From: Bacteroidota bacterium | GTDB taxonomy: Bacteria > Bacteroidota > Ignavibacteria > UBA10030 | Assembly (NCBI GenBank): GCA_021813905.1 | Contig: JAKAJH010000001.1 | Coordinates: forward strand, 62,738-126,737 | Length of the DNA stretch: 64,000 nt | Direction: 5' to 3' | In this document: positions 1 through 12,128 of the stretch, piece after piece | How the letters are laid out: the number at the start of each line of letters is the position of its first letter | How positions within the stretch are numbered: the first letter of the stretch is position 1 | The notes under the pieces: generated by a model | What the model was told of the DNA's origin: nothing | The model's input: the letters and a program-made list of their open reading frames with translations, nothing else | The model's database searches: none | Position numbers and translations under genes: made by a program

Positions 1-713
1 AGCGGCGCGGGAACGAATACGTCCTCAACGGCGCCAAGATGTGGATCACCAACGGAACGCTTGCCGACGTCGCGGTCGTGTGGGCGAAACTCGACGGTGA
101 GATCCGCGGATTCCTCGTCGAGAAGGGAACGCCCGGCTTCACGGCGCCGGAGATGACGGGAAAGCATTCGCTGCGGGCGTCAGTAACCTCGGAGCTGGTC
201 TTTCAGGACTGCGTCATTCCGGCTTCCAATCTTCTCCCGAAAACCTCCGGTCTTCGCAGTCCCCTCATGTGTCTCAGCCAGGCGCGCTATGGCATTGCCT
301 GGGGCGCCCTGGGGGCGGCGATGGCCTGCTACGATACGGCGCTCTCCTATGCGAAATCCCGCATTCAGTTCGACAAGCCCATTGCGGCGTTCCAGATGAC
401 GCAGGAGAAACTGGTCGGGATGATCACGGAGATCACCAAGGGACAGCTGCTGTGCCTTCAGCTTGGACGGTTGAAGGATGCCGGCCGGGCGAAGTACACG
501 CAGATCTCCCTGGCAAAGCGGAACAACGTCTATCATGCGCTCGAGATCGCGCGGAGCGCACGGGAGATCCTCGGGGCGAACGGCATCCTCGGCGAGTACC
601 CGGTGATGCGGCATGCGGCGAACCTCGAATCGGTCAAGACGTATGAAGGGACGCACGAGATGCACACGCTGATCGTCGGTGAGGACATCACCGGCTTTCC
701 GGCGTTCCAATGA
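1..713 (+). CDS. gcdH: glutaryl-CoA dehydrogenase-type acyl-CoA dehydrogenase, C-terminal part (5' end outside window)
   Basis: The frame is open from the window edge to TGA 711-713. The translation ([57 protein letters not shown]) follows the C-terminal two thirds of GCDH-family ACADs. Confidence 0.88.
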   Translation, partial: RRGNEYVLNGAKMWITNGTLADVAVVWAKLDGEIRGFLVEKGTPGFTAPEMTGKHSLRASVTSELVFQDCVIPASNLLPKTSGLRSPLMCLSQARYGIAWGALGAAMACYDTALSYAKSRIQFDKPIAAFQMTQEKLVGMITEITKGQLLCLQLGRLKDAGRAKYTQISLAKRNNVYHALEIARSAREILGANGILGEYPVMRHAANLESVKTYEGTHEMHTLIVGEDITGFPAFQ

Positions 714-3282
<2,569 letters not shown>

Positions 3283-3285
3283 CGA

Positions 3286-4611
3286 ATGCCTACTGACGAT
3301 CTGTTCCGAAAAGTCCTGATCATTGCGTACTACTTTCCGCCCATGGGGCTGAGCGGGGTGCAACGCACCGTGAAGTTCGCCAAGTATCTGTCGAAATACG
3401 GCTGGAAGCCCACCGTGCTGACGGTTGCCCCCGCCGGCTACTACGCCTTCGACGATTCCCTCCTGGAGGAAGCGGAGCAGGCGGGCGTGTCCATCGTTCG
3501 CACAACGTCCCTCGATCCCAACCGCGTGTTTCGTCGGCGAAAGACCGTCCGCATGCCTTCCGAGCGCATGCGCAAGGTGCTGCAGTTTGTCGGCGATTTC
3601 ATCTTCATCCCCGATACGAAGATCGGCTGGAGATCCGCCGCGGTTCGCGCGGCAAGCGAACTGCTGCAGCGGGAACAGTTCGATCTCATCTTTGCCACCG
3701 CGCCGCCGCAGACGGATTTTCTGATCGGCACGGCGTTGAAGAAGCGCTTTGATCTCCCGTTGGTGGTGGATTACCGCGATGCGTGGCTCGACTATCCGTT
3801 CAAATACTTCCCGACCCCGCTGCATCGGATGCTGCATCGGCGGCTCGAACGCCGTGTGCTCAAGGCGGCGGACCGGGTGATCGTGACGCATCGCCGCGTC
3901 AAGGAGATGCTGCTGCGGCGGTACTCCGCGTTGGACTACAACGAGGTCGTGATTCTCTCGCAGGGCTTCGATGTCGAGGATCTCGAAGTCGACCGTACGC
4001 CGCGCGCCGGACAGGCGGGACGCATGCGCATCTCGCACAGCGGGACGTTCTATGCGGACCGGAGCCCCGGGGTGATGCTTCGGGCGTTGGCGGCCATCCT
4101 CCGCGACAATCCGAGACTGCGCGGACGCATCGAGCTGAATTTTATCGGAACGGTCCGTGAAGAAGACCGCGCACTGGTGCGGAAATTGAATCTGCAGGAA
4201 AGCGTGACGTTCCAGGGCTACCTTCCGCATCGCGAGAGCATCCGCCAGCTCGCCGTGTCCGACGTGCTTTGGTTCGTCCTGGACAATGATGTGCAGACAC
4301 CGGGTAAACTGTATGAGTACTTCGGCACTCGCCGGCCCATCCTGGCGTCGGTGGTGGATGGATACACGAAGCAACTGATCGAAGAGAGCGGAGCGGCCGT
4401 GACGGTGCCGCTGAAAGACGGTGCCGCGCACCAGACGGCGATCCTCGATCTGTTTACACGGTTCGAACAGCGCCGGCTTCCGCGTCCGGTGGAGGGATTT
4501 GCCGATCGGTTCGACCGGCTCAAGCTGACGGGCGAACTTGCGCGTCAGTTCGAATCGCTGATGGACTACGACCGGCATGCGTTTGTCCGCATGAACGAGA
4601 GGACTGCATGA
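3286..4611 (+). CDS. glycosyltransferase (GT4-like, GT-B fold)
   Basis: 441-aa ORF beginning 3 nt after the pepP-like stop. The N-terminus KVLIIAYYFPPMGLSGVQRT is typical of GT4-like N-domains. The C-terminal half has a GT1-type layout, and its stop overlaps the purD start (ATGA). Confidence 0.75.
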   Translation: MPTDDLFRKVLIIAYYFPPMGLSGVQRTVKFAKYLSKYGWKPTVLTVAPAGYYAFDDSLLEEAEQAGVSIVRTTSLDPNRVFRRRKTVRMPSERMRKVLQFVGDFIFIPDTKIGWRSAAVRAASELLQREQFDLIFATAPPQTDFLIGTALKKRFDLPLVVDYRDAWLDYPFKYFPTPLHRMLHRRLERRVLKAADRVIVTHRRVKEMLLRRYSALDYNEVVILSQGFDVEDLEVDRTPRAGQAGRMRISHSGTFYADRSPGVMLRALAAILRDNPRLRGRIELNFIGTVREEDRALVRKLNLQESVTFQGYLPHRESIRQLAVSDVLWFVLDNDVQTPGKLYEYFGTRRPILASVVDGYTKQLIEESGAAVTVPLKDGAAHQTAILDLFTRFEQRRLPRPVEGFADRFDRLKLTGELARQFESLMDYDRHAFVRMNERTA

Positions 4612-5906
4612 ACGTACTGGTGATCGGCAGCGGCGGCCGGGAACATGCTCTGGTCTGGAAGCTGCGCCAGAGTCCGCAGGTGGAGCGTCTCTTCTGCGCG
4701 CCGGGCAACGCCGGCATCGCCCGCCAGGCGACGCTTGTTCCGATCAAGGCTGCGGATATCGGCGGCTTGGCGGCATTCGCGGAACGGGAGAAGATCGATC
4801 TGACGGTGGTAGGCCCCGAGCAGCCGCTGGTGACAGGCATTGTGGATGAATTCCGCCGGCGCGGGCTCGCGATCTTCGGTCCCACGCAGTACGCGGCGCA
4901 GCTGGAAGGGAGCAAGGTTTTCGCAAAGGATTTTCTGACGCGGTACTCCGTGCCGACAGCGCGCTTTGGCGCATTCACCGCGGAACAGGAAGCGGAGGCC
5001 GTGCGGTTTGCCGAGTCGCTCGTCCCGCCGGTGGTGGTGAAAGCGGACGGGCTCGCCGCGGGCAAGGGCGTCCTCATCTGCGGCAGCCGGGGCGAGGCGA
5101 TCGAAGGGATCCGGAGCATGCTCCGTGGAGGATTCGGCGACGCCGGCCGGCGCGTGGTGGTCGAGGAGTTCCTCACCGGCGAGGAGGCGTCGATCTTCGT
5201 GCTGACCGACGGAGAACGATTCGCCACGCTGGCGCCGGCGCAGGATCACAAACGCATTCTGGACGGCGATCTGGGCAAGAATACCGGAGGCATGGGAGCA
5301 TACGCTCCGGCGCCGGTGGTGACTTCCGCGCTGCTGACACGCGTCACGCGCGAGATCATCAGACCGACGCTTGACGGAATGCGACAGGACGGATATCCGT
5401 ACACCGGCTGTCTGTATGTGGGACTGATGATCACGGAATCCGGCCCGAAGGTGCTCGAGTTCAACTGCCGGTTTGGCGATCCGGAGGCGCAGGTGGTGAT
5501 CCCCCTGATCGACGCCGATCTCGCGGCCGTACTGATGGCGGTCGCGCAGGGAAGGCTGGACCCCGCCACGGTGCGGCAGCATCCGGCGAGTGCCGTGTGC
5601 GTCGTTATGGCGTCGCAGGGATATCCCGACGACTATCCGACCGGCAGGGAGATCCTCGGTCTCGATCGTCCCGCGGTGGACGATGGTGTCGTGGTGTTTC
5701 ACGCGGGGACGAAAGAGGAAGGGGGCCGGGTCGTCACGGCGGGAGGACGGGTGCTGGGGGTGACGGCGGTCGGGTACGGTCATGACCTGGAAGGAACCAT
5801 CCGCACGGCATATGGAGCCGTTCGGCAGATCACATTCGACGGCGCCTACTTCCGGAGCGATATCGGAGCCAGGGCGCTGCACCATCTCACACGAAACGGG
5901 AGGTAG
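4608..5906 (+). CDS. purD: phosphoribosylamine--glycine ligase
   Basis: MNVLVIGSGGREHALVWKL start and ATP-grasp core (VVKADGLAAGKGV, LEFNCRFGDPE). Full-length family match at 432 aa. Confidence 0.95.
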   Translation: MNVLVIGSGGREHALVWKLRQSPQVERLFCAPGNAGIARQATLVPIKAADIGGLAAFAEREKIDLTVVGPEQPLVTGIVDEFRRRGLAIFGPTQYAAQLEGSKVFAKDFLTRYSVPTARFGAFTAEQEAEAVRFAESLVPPVVVKADGLAAGKGVLICGSRGEAIEGIRSMLRGGFGDAGRRVVVEEFLTGEEASIFVLTDGERFATLAPAQDHKRILDGDLGKNTGGMGAYAPAPVVTSALLTRVTREIIRPTLDGMRQDGYPYTGCLYVGLMITESGPKVLEFNCRFGDPEAQVVIPLIDADLAAVLMAVAQGRLDPATVRQHPASAVCVVMASQGYPDDYPTGREILGLDRPAVDDGVVVFHAGTKEEGGRVVTAGGRVLGVTAVGYGHDLEGTIRTAYGAVRQITFDGAYFRSDIGARALHHLTRNGR

Positions 5907-5909
5907 ACG

Positions 5910-6833
5910 GTGAAGATTCTCGTGACCGGCGGCGCAGGATTCATTGCATCGCATATCGTTGACGCGTACATCAATGCGGGCCACGATGTCGTGGTCATGG
6001 ACGACCTGTCGAGCGGCTCAAAACGCAACGTGCATCCGCGCGCGACACTCGTCGAGATGGATATTCGCAGTCCGGAAGTGGAAAAGGTTTTCCGCACGGA
6101 GCGGTTTGACGTCGTCAACCACCATGCCGCGCAGATGGATGTGCGCCGGTCGGTCGCCGACCCGAAATTCGATGCGTCGGTGAACGTGCTGGGAGGTCTG
6201 AATGTCTTCGAGCATGCCCGGGCGCATGGTGTCCGCAGGATCATCTTTGCGTCCACCGGCGGAGCCATCTACGGTGAGCAGGATGTTTTTCCGGCGACCG
6301 AGGAGCATCCGCTCCGTCCGCTGTCGCCCTACGGGATCACGAAACTCTCCACCGAGAAGTACCTGTTCTACTACAAAGCGGTCCACGGCATCGATCATGT
6401 GATCCTGCGCTACGCGAATGTGTACGGTCCCCGTCAGAATCCGCACGGCGAGGCGGGCGTGGTGGCGATCTTCGCCAGCAAGCTGGTCCGCGGGGAGCAG
6501 CCGGTGATCAACGGAGACGGAATGCAGACGCGGGATTATACGTACGTCGGCGATGTGGTGCGGGCGAATCTGCTGGCCCTGTCGGTGAAAGGCTCCAATA
6601 TCTATAATGTGGGCACCGGGCGCGAAAGCGACGTGAACCTGCTCTTCCGTGTACTGCGTGATCATCTGAATCCCTCGGCGGCGGAGCAGCACGGACCTGC
6701 CAAAGCGGGAGAGCAGATGCGCAGCGTCATCAGCCACGCGAAAATCGCCCGCGAACTGGGCTGGAAGCCGACGGTCGCGCTGGAGGACGGGCTTCGCACC
6801 ACCGCTGAGTACTTCCGGACAAACGCCGGATGA
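5910..6833 (+). CDS. NAD-dependent epimerase/dehydratase (GalE-like extended SDR)
   Basis: GTG start giving MKILVTGGAGFIASHIV (Rossmann GxxGxxG). Catalytic YxxxK is present in SPYGITKLSTEKY. Length is 307 aa. Confidence 0.85.
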   Translation: MKILVTGGAGFIASHIVDAYINAGHDVVVMDDLSSGSKRNVHPRATLVEMDIRSPEVEKVFRTERFDVVNHHAAQMDVRRSVADPKFDASVNVLGGLNVFEHARAHGVRRIIFASTGGAIYGEQDVFPATEEHPLRPLSPYGITKLSTEKYLFYYKAVHGIDHVILRYANVYGPRQNPHGEAGVVAIFASKLVRGEQPVINGDGMQTRDYTYVGDVVRANLLALSVKGSNIYNVGTGRESDVNLLFRVLRDHLNPSAAEQHGPAKAGEQMRSVISHAKIARELGWKPTVALEDGLRTTAEYFRTNAG

Positions 6834-7819
6834 ACACCGCATCGGCCGCGGATCGGTTGATCGACGGAGTGGTCGCGGGTGATCGCCGGGCCGTGGCACG
6901 CGTCATCAGCCTGGTGGAGAATGGGACGGAGCACGCGCAGGCCATCCTGCACGCGCTGTATCCGCGAAGCGGCCGCGCCTATCGCATCGGCATCACAGGT
7001 CCGCCGGGCGCCGGCAAGAGCACGCTGACGAACAAACTTGCCCGTTCCTACCGGAGCCAGGGTCTGCGTGTCGGCATCATCGCCGTTGATCCCACCAGTC
7101 CCTTCACGGGCGGAGCACTGCTGGGCGATCGGGTGCGCATGACGGACGTGGAGCTGGATGAGGGCGTGTTCATTCGCAGTATGGCGTCGCGCGGAAGCCT
7201 GGGCGGGCTCAGCCGAAAAGCCAAAGAAGCCGCGGACGTCCTGGATGCCGCGGGCTTTCACATCATTCTGATGGAAACGGTGGGGGTCGGACAGTCGGAA
7301 CTGGACGTGGCCCGGGCCGTTGACTCGACCGTGGTCGTTCTCGTCCCCGAATCGGGCGACGGGATCCAGGCGATGAAAGCCGGGCTGATGGAAATCGCCG
7401 ACATCTTCGTGCTGAACAAATCGGATCGGCCCGGAGCGGACCAGGCGATCATGTCGATCAAGATGATTCTCGGTTTCCGGCCGCACGACGAGCATTCCTG
7501 GCTCGTGGATATCGTGAAGACGCAGGCTAATGACGGCCTCGGCATTCCGGATCTGGCCGCGCTCGTGGGGCGCCACCGCGAATATCTCGAGCGGGGAGGC
7601 GGACTGCAGGCGCGTCGCAAGGATCGCCTGGCGAAGCGGGTGAAGGATCTGGTGGAAGAGCGGCTGCAGACGGACCTCTGGAGCCGTGAGCGGCTTGGCA
7701 TGCTGGCACAGGATGTCGAGCGGGCGTACGAGCGGACGACCACGCCGTACGCGATCGCGGAACAATTGATCAGTCATTTTCTGAACGGGAGCGGAGGTCA
7801 CGATGAGCAACGCCTATGA
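6830..7819 (+). CDS. meaB: methylmalonyl-CoA mutase-associated GTPase MeaB/ArgK
   Basis: P-loop GPPGAGKSTL, ETVGVGQSE and NKSD motifs in the order typical of MeaB. The start overlaps the previous stop (ATGA). Confidence 0.88.
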   Translation: MNTASAADRLIDGVVAGDRRAVARVISLVENGTEHAQAILHALYPRSGRAYRIGITGPPGAGKSTLTNKLARSYRSQGLRVGIIAVDPTSPFTGGALLGDRVRMTDVELDEGVFIRSMASRGSLGGLSRKAKEAADVLDAAGFHIILMETVGVGQSELDVARAVDSTVVVLVPESGDGIQAMKAGLMEIADIFVLNKSDRPGADQAIMSIKMILGFRPHDEHSWLVDIVKTQANDGLGIPDLAALVGRHREYLERGGGLQARRKDRLAKRVKDLVEERLQTDLWSRERLGMLAQDVERAYERTTTPYAIAEQLISHFLNGSGGHDEQRL

Positions 7820-8966
7820 TACGACGGTCGAATCCCTGCTGACGGATGAAACGCGTCTTCTGCGCTCCACGGTGCGCGAGTTCGCGGAAAAGGAGATCCG
7901 CCCGGTCGTCATGAAGTACGACGAGGCCCAGGAGTTTCCGCTTCCGCTGTTCCGGCGCATGGGCGAGCTCGGGCTGCTGGGTGCGACGATTCCGGCGTCG
8001 CTGGGAGGCGCGGGGCTCTCGCCCGTCGAGTCGATCGTGATCATGGAAGAGATCAGTCGCGTGGATCCGTCGCTCGGACTGACGCTGGCCGGTCACACGG
8101 GATTGTGCCTGCAGCATCTTTCCATGTTCGTCAATGAGGCCCAGGCCGCGAAGTACATTCCACCACTCGCATCAGGCGCGGTGGTGGGCTCCTGGTGTCT
8201 TACCGAGCCCGGATCCGGCAGCGACGCCTCGGGCATGCGCACCGTCGCCCGGCGCGAGGGCGATGCGTACATTATCGATGGCACAAAGACCTTTATCACC
8301 AACGGCTCGCATGCGTCGACCTTCGTGGTGACCGCCAAGACGGATCCGTCGAAGGGACGGTCCGGCATCTCGGCGTTCATCGTGGAGCGGGCGTTCGGCG
8401 GCATCAGCATCGGGCGGAAGGAGAACAAGCTCGGCATGCGGGCCAGCGATACCGCGCAGGTCATCTTCGACCATGTCCGCGTTCCGGCGGAAAATCTGCT
8501 GGGCGCCGAAGGGGAAGGATACCGCCAGACGCTGGCAGTACTCGAGAGCGGCCGGGTGGGCATTGCGGCGCTTTCCGTCGGTCTCGCGCAGGGAGCGTTC
8601 GAAGCGGCACGGGCCTATGCGCATCAGCGGCAGCAGTTCGGCAAGCCGATCGCGGAGTTTCAGGCAATTCAGTTCCAGCTGGCGGAAATGGCCACGGAAA
8701 TTCAGGCGGCGCGTCTGCTGACGCTGGAAGCGGCGCAGGCAAAAGCCCGGGGGGAAGCATACGGATTGCGGGCTGCCCAGGCGAAGCTCTACGCGTCCGA
8801 GATCGCCCAGCGCGTGGCAACCGCCGCGGTCCAGATCCATGGCGGCTACGGATTTACGAAGGACTTTCCGGTCGAGAAGTTCTATCGCGACGTCAAGCTG
8901 CTGACGATCGGTGAAGGGACGTCCGAGGTTCAGAAGATCGTCATCGCGAAACACCTGGTCGCATAA
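7803..8966 (+). CDS. acyl-CoA dehydrogenase (short/branched-chain or isovaleryl-CoA type)
   Basis: 387-aa ORF with full ACAD architecture (CLTEPGSGSDA, FITNG, catalytic region GEGTSEVQKIVIAKHL). Substrate class cannot be fixed by eye. Confidence 0.9.
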   Translation: MSNAYDTTVESLLTDETRLLRSTVREFAEKEIRPVVMKYDEAQEFPLPLFRRMGELGLLGATIPASLGGAGLSPVESIVIMEEISRVDPSLGLTLAGHTGLCLQHLSMFVNEAQAAKYIPPLASGAVVGSWCLTEPGSGSDASGMRTVARREGDAYIIDGTKTFITNGSHASTFVVTAKTDPSKGRSGISAFIVERAFGGISIGRKENKLGMRASDTAQVIFDHVRVPAENLLGAEGEGYRQTLAVLESGRVGIAALSVGLAQGAFEAARAYAHQRQQFGKPIAEFQAIQFQLAEMATEIQAARLLTLEAAQAKARGEAYGLRAAQAKLYASEIAQRVATAAVQIHGGYGFTKDFPVEKFYRDVKLLTIGEGTSEVQKIVIAKHLVA

Positions 8967-9030
8967 CAACGCGGCTCGTCGCCGGTGGTCTCCGGACCGG
9001 CGGGCGATGCCGCATGGAAGGCGGTTTTGC

Positions 9031-12000
9031 ATGTCCCGTTCCAACCTTCATTCCGTTCTCGCATTCCTCTTTGTCGTCTCCGGCGCCGTCGGCCTGATTT
9101 ACCAGGTCGTCTGGTTCAAGTATCTGGCGCTGTTCCTCGGCAACACCACCTATGCGCAGACGATCGTGCTCGCCACATTCATGGGGGGATTGGCCGTGGG
9201 TTCGGCGCTGTGGGGCCGGAAAGCCGACCGTGAGGTGAATCTTCTGATGCTGTATGCGTGGCTCGAGTTGGGGATTGGCTTGTACTGCTTCGCCTATCCG
9301 GCGGTGATCGAGGTTGTTCAGCACATGTTCATCCGAACGGTGGTGGGCCTTGACCTGCCGTCCGGTAGCGGCGCTGTGCTGGGCTTGAAACTGGTGGCCA
9401 GCATGGGAAGCCTGCTGTTCCCGACGATCCTGATGGGCGGCACGCTGCCTGTGCTCGTTCGCTTCACGTCGGATCATCTGGAGGAGGCGGGACGGAATGT
9501 CGCCATTCTCTACTTCCTGAACAGTTTCGGCGCCGTGATCGGTGCGGCACTGGCGGGATTCTTCTTCATTCGTCTGATCGGACTTGCGGCGACGATGTAC
9601 AGCGCCGCGTCGGTGAGCGTGCTCATCGGCCTGGCGGCGTTTTCGCTGACCCGTGTGCGCGCCGGCGGGGTTGCACCGAAAGAAGCGAACACCGCGTCGG
9701 AGGGCGCCGGCGCAGTGTTTCCGCGCGCGCAGGTCATCGCGGCGATCGCGGTGGCGGGGATGTCCGGACTCGCCTCCATGATCTACGAAGTGACCTGGGT
9801 GCGGCTCCTGATCCCGGTGCTTGGCTCGTCCACCTATTCCTTCTCGCTGATGCTCGTGGGATTCATCTCGGGAATCACGATCGGCAGTCTCATTGTCTCC
9901 CGGCTCGTGCAGCGATCGGAGCGGCTCATGTCTCTGCTGGCCTGGTGTCAGTTCGGCATCGTCGGTTCTCTCATTGTGACCATCCCATGGTACTCGCGCA
10001 TTCCGTACGCATTCTGGACGGTCGCACACATCCTGACGCGGAGCGAGACGACCTATCCGATCTTCCTTCTTCTGCAGTTCGGCTTCTCCATCGTCATCAT
10101 GATCGTGCCGACCATCTTCCTGGGTATGTCGCTGCCAGTGGCGACGCGCATCGCGGCGCGGGGCGTCCATGTCCTCGGACGCTCGGTCGGTACCGTCTTT
10201 TCCGTGAACACCATCGGAACGGTTGTCGGATCGCTGGCCGCGGGACTGGTGATGATCCCGTTGATCGGCGTGAAGCATGCCATGGAGATCGGGATCGGCG
10301 TGAACCTTCTCGCGGCGCTTCTGGCGCTTGGATTCTCCGGCGAACGCCGGCTGCGGCAATGGGCGGTGGCAGGGGCTGCAATCGTCATGGTCAGTGCGTA
10401 TCTCGCGCTGGCGCCGCAATGGAGCCGGGGCGCCATGCTGTCAGGCGTGTTCCGCCAGGTGAACTCCAACATCGCCCCGCCCAAGTCGTATGCGGAGTTC
10501 ATGGGCGCCGCGCTCAGTACGCGCGTGCTGTACTACCGGGAGGGTTCGTCGGCGACCGTTGGGGTGATCGAAAGTGAGCCGCCGGCTGCGGTGCAGCGCG
10601 TGCTGATCATCAACGGCAAGGCGGACGCGTCGACGGTGGGGGATCTGCCGACACAGGTACTGCTGGGTGAACTGCCGCTCCTGTTCCATCCGGACCCGAA
10701 GAGCGCTCTCGTCGTGGGCCTCGGGAGCGGCGTGACCGCGGGGAGCATGCTGCGACATCCGGTGGAGCGAGTGGATTGCGTCGAAATCTCTCCGGAGGTG
10801 GTGGATGCATCCCGCTACTTCGAAGCGGCCAGCGGTGCGCCGTTGCGTGATCCCCGCATGCATCTGCACGTGGAAGATGCGCTGGCGTATCTGAAGATCA
10901 CGCCGCACCGGTATGACGTCATCGTGAGTGAGCCGTCGAATCCGTGGATCGCCGGTATCGGCAGCCTGTACACGACGGAGTTCTTCGAAGCGTGCAAACA
11001 GCGGATGAATCCCGGCGGTATGATGGTGCAGTGGTTCCATCTCTACGAAATGGATGACGAACTCTTCCGGATGGTGCTGCGCACCTTCCGGGCGAGCTTC
11101 CGCTGGGTGAGTCTCTGGCAGACCATGTCCACCGATGTGGTTCTCATTGGCACGAACACGAAGTTCACTCCTGATCTGGTGCAACTGGCCGTTCGCATGC
11201 AACGCCCCGGCGTCCGCGATGATCTCCGTCGTATCGACATCGACGATCCCGCGGTGCTGCTCACGCTTCAGATTCTCTCCGATCCAACTGTCGTGCGGTA
11301 CGACGGGACCGGGCCGTTGAACACGGAAGATCATCCGCGCCTGGAGTATCAGGCACCGGAGGCGTTCTTTGTGAATCGCGGTGTTACCTCTATTCTGCGT
11401 GTCGATGAGCGGATGAACTTCGATTCATCGATCGTCGCGCTGCGCACGTCCGCGTGGCGGAAGTCGCTGACGGATGACGACCTGTGTCGCATCGGCATGC
11501 TCCATATGGAGCCGAACCGCGGCAATCCGCTGTTCGGCTACTCGGTGGTGCGGGACTACCTCAGCCGCCATCCGAACGACACGGCGGCGCTGCGCGCGAT
11601 GGTGAACGGTGCCGAACGCCTGAAGCGCGTGGAAGACGCCATGGAATATCTGGAAGAGTTGGTGAAACTGAAGCCCCGCGACCCCGAGATGCTGTCCCGC
11701 TCTGCGTGGATGCGTTATTCGTACGAGCGGACCAGAGCCAACTCGATCACCGGCTTCGATACGCGGGAATACGAAGATCTGCTTCGTCGCAGTGTCCGTC
11801 TTGTGCAGGACACGGTCGATCGTTACCGCGTGCTTCTGGGCGATCTGTACTACGGGACCCAACGCTATGCGCTCGCACAGGATCAGTACGCGCGGGGGAT
11901 CCAGATCCGTGAGACGCATGCCCCCGACCCGACCATGCGGGAAGATGCGCTGTTTCTCCAGCTGGCCCGATGCCTCGTGCAAACCGGCCACCGGGATCAG

Positions 12001-12120
12001 GCCATCGGCTACGCGCTGCAGGCGGCGAATCTAAACCGGAACAATCGGGAAGCCGTCGATCTCGTGTATACACTCTGGATGGGACAGAAGGATTCAACGG
12101 GAACCGCCACAAGCAACTGA
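9031..12120 (+). CDS. fused polytopic-membrane / spermidine synthase-like / TPR protein
   Basis: The N-terminal ~480 aa are a run of hydrophobic helices. The middle has a spermidine-synthase-like methyltransferase fold (VVGLGSGVTAGSML, VDCVEISPEVV, DVIVSEPSNPW). The C-terminal ~250 aa are TPR-like repeats. I start at ATG 9031 (MSRSNLHSVLAFLF) rather than the track's 8911, which overlaps the ACAD; ATG 9007 is also possible. Confidence 0.8.
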   Translation: MSRSNLHSVLAFLFVVSGAVGLIYQVVWFKYLALFLGNTTYAQTIVLATFMGGLAVGSALWGRKADREVNLLMLYAWLELGIGLYCFAYPAVIEVVQHMFIRTVVGLDLPSGSGAVLGLKLVASMGSLLFPTILMGGTLPVLVRFTSDHLEEAGRNVAILYFLNSFGAVIGAALAGFFFIRLIGLAATMYSAASVSVLIGLAAFSLTRVRAGGVAPKEANTASEGAGAVFPRAQVIAAIAVAGMSGLASMIYEVTWVRLLIPVLGSSTYSFSLMLVGFISGITIGSLIVSRLVQRSERLMSLLAWCQFGIVGSLIVTIPWYSRIPYAFWTVAHILTRSETTYPIFLLLQFGFSIVIMIVPTIFLGMSLPVATRIAARGVHVLGRSVGTVFSVNTIGTVVGSLAAGLVMIPLIGVKHAMEIGIGVNLLAALLALGFSGERRLRQWAVAGAAIVMVSAYLALAPQWSRGAMLSGVFRQVNSNIAPPKSYAEFMGAALSTRVLYYREGSSATVGVIESEPPAAVQRVLIINGKADASTVGDLPTQVLLGELPLLFHPDPKSALVVGLGSGVTAGSMLRHPVERVDCVEISPEVVDASRYFEAASGAPLRDPRMHLHVEDALAYLKITPHRYDVIVSEPSNPWIAGIGSLYTTEFFEACKQRMNPGGMMVQWFHLYEMDDELFRMVLRTFRASFRWVSLWQTMSTDVVLIGTNTKFTPDLVQLAVRMQRPGVRDDLRRIDIDDPAVLLTLQILSDPTVVRYDGTGPLNTEDHPRLEYQAPEAFFVNRGVTSILRVDERMNFDSSIVALRTSAWRKSLTDDDLCRIGMLHMEPNRGNPLFGYSVVRDYLSRHPNDTAALRAMVNGAERLKRVEDAMEYLEELVKLKPRDPEMLSRSAWMRYSYERTRANSITGFDTREYEDLLRRSVRLVQDTVDRYRVLLGDLYYGTQRYALAQDQYARGIQIRETHAPDPTMREDALFLQLARCLVQTGHRDQAIGYALQAANLNRNNREAVDLVYTLWMGQKDSTGTATSN

Positions 12121-12128
12121 GGTCAACG

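Noticed and set aside
5695-5710. parS-like half-site TGTTTCACG (inside purD), and a GTGAAACA half-site near 52574.
   Set aside because: Only one half of the 16-bp palindrome TGTTTCACGTGAAACA is present in each case. I saw no full parS near parAB. An eye scan is not exhaustive, so a PWM scan would be needed.
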